DNA from: Nitrospirota bacterium
Lineage (GTDB): Bacteria > Nitrospirota > Thermodesulfovibrionia > Thermodesulfovibrionales > UBA9159
DNA length: 64,000 nucleotides
Assembly: GCA_963699545.1 (NCBI GenBank)
Contig: CAVOUE010000003.1
Span: forward strand, 384,001-448,000
Direction: 5' to 3'
Position 1 is the first letter of the stretch. Each line of letters begins with the position of its first letter. The position numbers and the translations under genes are program-made. Below, piece by piece: positions 60,982-64,000 of the stretch. The notes under the pieces were generated by a model. The model was not told where the DNA came from. It did not search any database and worked only from the letters and a program-made list of their open reading frames with translations.

Positions 60982-62352
60982 TTATTCGATACCGTACTCC
61001 TTGATCTTGGTCAGGAGGGTCTTATAGCTTACGTCAAGCGACTTCCGCTGCCCTGCTCTTGTTGCCCTTTCGTTTCCTGTAGGGCCTTTCTTATTCTCTC
61101 GGTCTCTGCCAGGCGCAGCGCCTCTCTTGCAGTATCCTCGAGGGTACCGTTCATGGGGAGCATATCCATGGTTGTTTTCATGTTCACGGGGCTCAAGGAG
61201 ATATGCTCACGGGTTATGTATCCCGCCGTCACAGAGGATTATCGCTCGTTCTATAGTATTCTCCAGTTCCCTGATATTTCCCTTCCACGGATGGCTCATC
61301 AGCATATCCAATACTTCCTCTGAGACTTCTTTTTACCGGGGTCTTCATCTCGGCGCAGTATTTCTTGATGAAGAAATCCACAAGCGGCGGGATATCCTCG
61401 GTCCTTTCCCTTAGGGAAGGAATCTTTATGGGGAAGACGTTCAGTCTGTAGAAAAGGTCTTCCCTGAATGTCCCCTCGGCGACTGCGATGTCGATCTCCT
61501 TATTGGTAGCGGCAATGATCCGCACATCCACCAGGATCGGCTTTACCCCGCCGACGCGTTCTATTTCACTTTCCTGTATGACCCTCAGGATCTTAGACTG
61601 TAAGGAAAGTGCCATCTCGCCGATCTCGTCGAGGAATATGGTTCCCTTGTCAGCGAGCTCGAACTTGCCGAGTTTCTTCGCTTCCGCCCCAGTGAAAGCC
61701 CCTTTCTCATGTCCGAAAAGTTCGGATTCCAAGAGTTCCTTTGGTATGGCAGCACAGTTTATCGGGACAAAGGGGTAGTCTTTTCTTGGACTCAGACAGT
61801 GTATGGCCCTTGCGAACAATTCCTTTCCCGTTCCGCTTTCACCAAGGAAGAAGGACCGTTGTCTTTGCCGGCGCAACCTTTTGAATCTTCTTCGCGACCT
61901 CAAGGATTTTTTCGGACTTTCCGACGATCGTGTGGCATTCCCATCACGGAAGAAAACTCTTCCTTCAGAAGGATATTCTCGGCCATTAACCGTTGATTAT
62001 CTACGGCTTTCTTAATGAGATGAAGAAGGTGATCGGTATCGAAAGGTTTTGTGATGAAATCGAAGGCCCCTTCCTTGATGGCCTTCACTGCAACGTCTAC
62101 GGTGCCGAAGGCGGTCATCACGATAACCGGCAACAGAGGGTTCTCTTCCTTTGCCGTTCTGAGCACCTCCATGCCGTCTTTCTTCGGGAGCTTCAGGTCA
62201 GTGAGGACAACATCCACCTTGCTCTCTCTGATCCTCCGGATCCCCTCCATCCCATCCCTTGCGATGAGGGGATGATACCCTTCAGCTTCCATGGTCTCTC
62301 TCAGCATCTGGGCCATGGATTCCTTGTCTTCAACGATAAGGATGGTTTCCAT
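60982..62352 (-). CDS. NtrC-family sigma54-dependent response regulator (frameshifted)
   Basis: REC domain (TDLKLP, MTAFG, ITKPF); [30 protein letters not shown]; Fis-type HTH. Confidence 0.92.
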
Positions 62353-63518
62353 GGAGCGCTTTCTTAATCCCTCTGGTCGCCTGCCGTATTCTGTGCTCGT
62401 TCTCCACGAGGGCGAACCTCACAAAATTGTCCCCTCCGTCTCCAAAGCCGATGCCCGGAGATACCGCCACTCCCGCCTCATTGATAAGGAACTTACTGAA
62501 CTCCAGGGAGCCTGCCTGCTTAAACGGTTCAGGCATCTCCGCCCATACAAACATTGTGGCCCTGGGGGACTCCACATTCCACCCGGCCTGGTGAAGCCCC
62601 TTGATAAGGGCATCCCTTCTGGACTCGTAGACGCCCCGTATTTCGCTGACGCATTCCTGTGGGCCCCTCAGGGCGATGATGCTGGCGATCTGGATCGGCT
62701 GGAACATGCCGTAATCGAGATAGCTTTTGATCTTGGTCAGCGCGCCCACAAGCTCTTTGTTGCCGCAGCAGAATCCGACCCTCCATCCCGCCATGGAATA
62801 GCTTTTCGTAAGGGAGAAGAATTCAACGCCCACATCCTTGGCGCCCGGCGCCTGGAGAAAGCTGGGAGCCCTGTAATTGTCAAAGCAAAGGTCCGCGTAG
62901 GCAAAGTCGTGGACGACCATGATGTTGTTTTCCTTAGCAAAATCCACTACCCGCCTGAAGAAGTCCAGTTCGATACATTCGGTAGTCGGGTTATGGGGAA
63001 AGTTTATGATAAGCATCTTTGGTTTCGGCCAGAGAGATTTGAACGCCTTTTCCATCTCTTCAAAGAAGTCATACCCTTTACCCGTAGGAATGTATCTCAC
63101 TTCAGCCCCTGCAAGGATGGCGCTGTATGGATGGATGGGGTAAGCGGGTGAAGGCGTCATCACTACGTCTCCAGGCCCGAGTGTGGCATATGCAAGATGG
63201 CTCAGACCTTCTTTCGCTCCTATGGTGCAGACCACTTCGGTTTCCGGGTCGAGTTCCACATCAAAACGTCTCTTGTACCATTCGGTGATCGCCACCCTCA
63301 GTTGGGTAATGCCCCGGGAAGCGGAATAGCGGTGGTTCTTCGGATTGCCTGGCGGCCTCGCAGAGTTTCTCAACAATATGACTTGGTGTGGGGAGGTCAG
63401 GGTTCCCCATGCCGAGGTCTATGATATCGAAGCCCTTTCTCCTGGCTTCCATTTTGAGAGAATTGACGATGGCGAATACGTAAGGGGGAAGGCGTTTTAT
63501 CCTGCTGAACTCAAACAT
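62330..63518 (-). CDS. alaC: Class I PLP aminotransferase (AlaC-like; frameshift near 63350)
   Basis: [53 protein letters not shown]. Confidence 0.82.
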
Positions 63519-63562
63519 CCCGACTCCTTTTCTCTCTAAATCAATCTAATACTATACCAAAT

Positions 63563-64000
63563 TCACCGGGAAAACATCTCCTCAGCGTCCATGGAACTCC
63601 TCACGAGAGGCGCCGAGGCAACGCCCTTGAAACCCAGCGAGAGAGCGGCTTTTCTGTATTCTTCGAAGATCGCCGGCGTTATATACTCCGCGACCGGAAG
63701 CTTCCCTTTTGAAGGTCTCAGGTACTGACCTATGGTAAGATAGTCGCATCCCGCTGAGGGAAGATCCCGCATTAGGGAGAAGACCTCTTCACCTGTTTCG
63801 CCAAGACCTACCATAAGGCCGGATTTCGAACGTATCCGAGGGGCTATCCTCTTTGGCGGTATCCAGCACGCCTAGGGAGCGCTTATAATCTGCCTGAGGC
63901 CTCACCACGGGGTAGAGCCTTGGTACCGTCTCGACATTATGGTTGAACACGTCAGGCCCTGATTCCAGAACCGTTTTCAGCGCCGCCGTAGTCTCCCCTG
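63563..64000 (-). CDS. lipA: Lipoyl synthase, C-terminal part (truncated by window edge)
   Basis: [32 protein letters not shown]. Confidence 0.9.

Overview
This is an origin-proximal chromosomal window from an anaerobic sulfur-cycling bacterium. Gene order and protein style suggest Nitrospirota of the Thermodesulfovibrionia type (inference). From left to right it holds: ispF end, mnmG-rsmG, two perfect parS sites, parAB, mnmE, a small TA/restriction islet, glcD-like and smc. Next is a complete reductive-type dsr locus (dsrABD-N-two unknown genes-C-T-MKJOP-ferredoxin) facing a dsrH/E/F-like-tusA operon. This is followed by an O2-defence cluster, tRNA-Gln/Glu, and a wHTH/degenerate-nucleotidyltransferase gene with a 38-bp repeat array upstream and an unannotated 24-aa histone-H1-like peptide downstream. 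After lpxC (sigma54 motif), tldD and mtnP comes an integrase-less integron array: attI-like site, SLATT+HAD cassette, TIR cassette, and an IS110/IS1111 element with a long structured non-coding end inserted in an attC, then higBA. A selenocysteine formate dehydrogenase operon follows, with a UxxC seleno-DsbA and a di-haem peroxidase embedded in it. The window ends in housekeeping genes (EF-G paralogue, panD, gatC, pcrA, glmS, glmU, yebC, NtrC-type regulator, alaC-like, lipA). Many conserved genes carry 1-nt frameshifts, most likely long-read errors. All family calls come from motif recognition by eye; no database searches were run.
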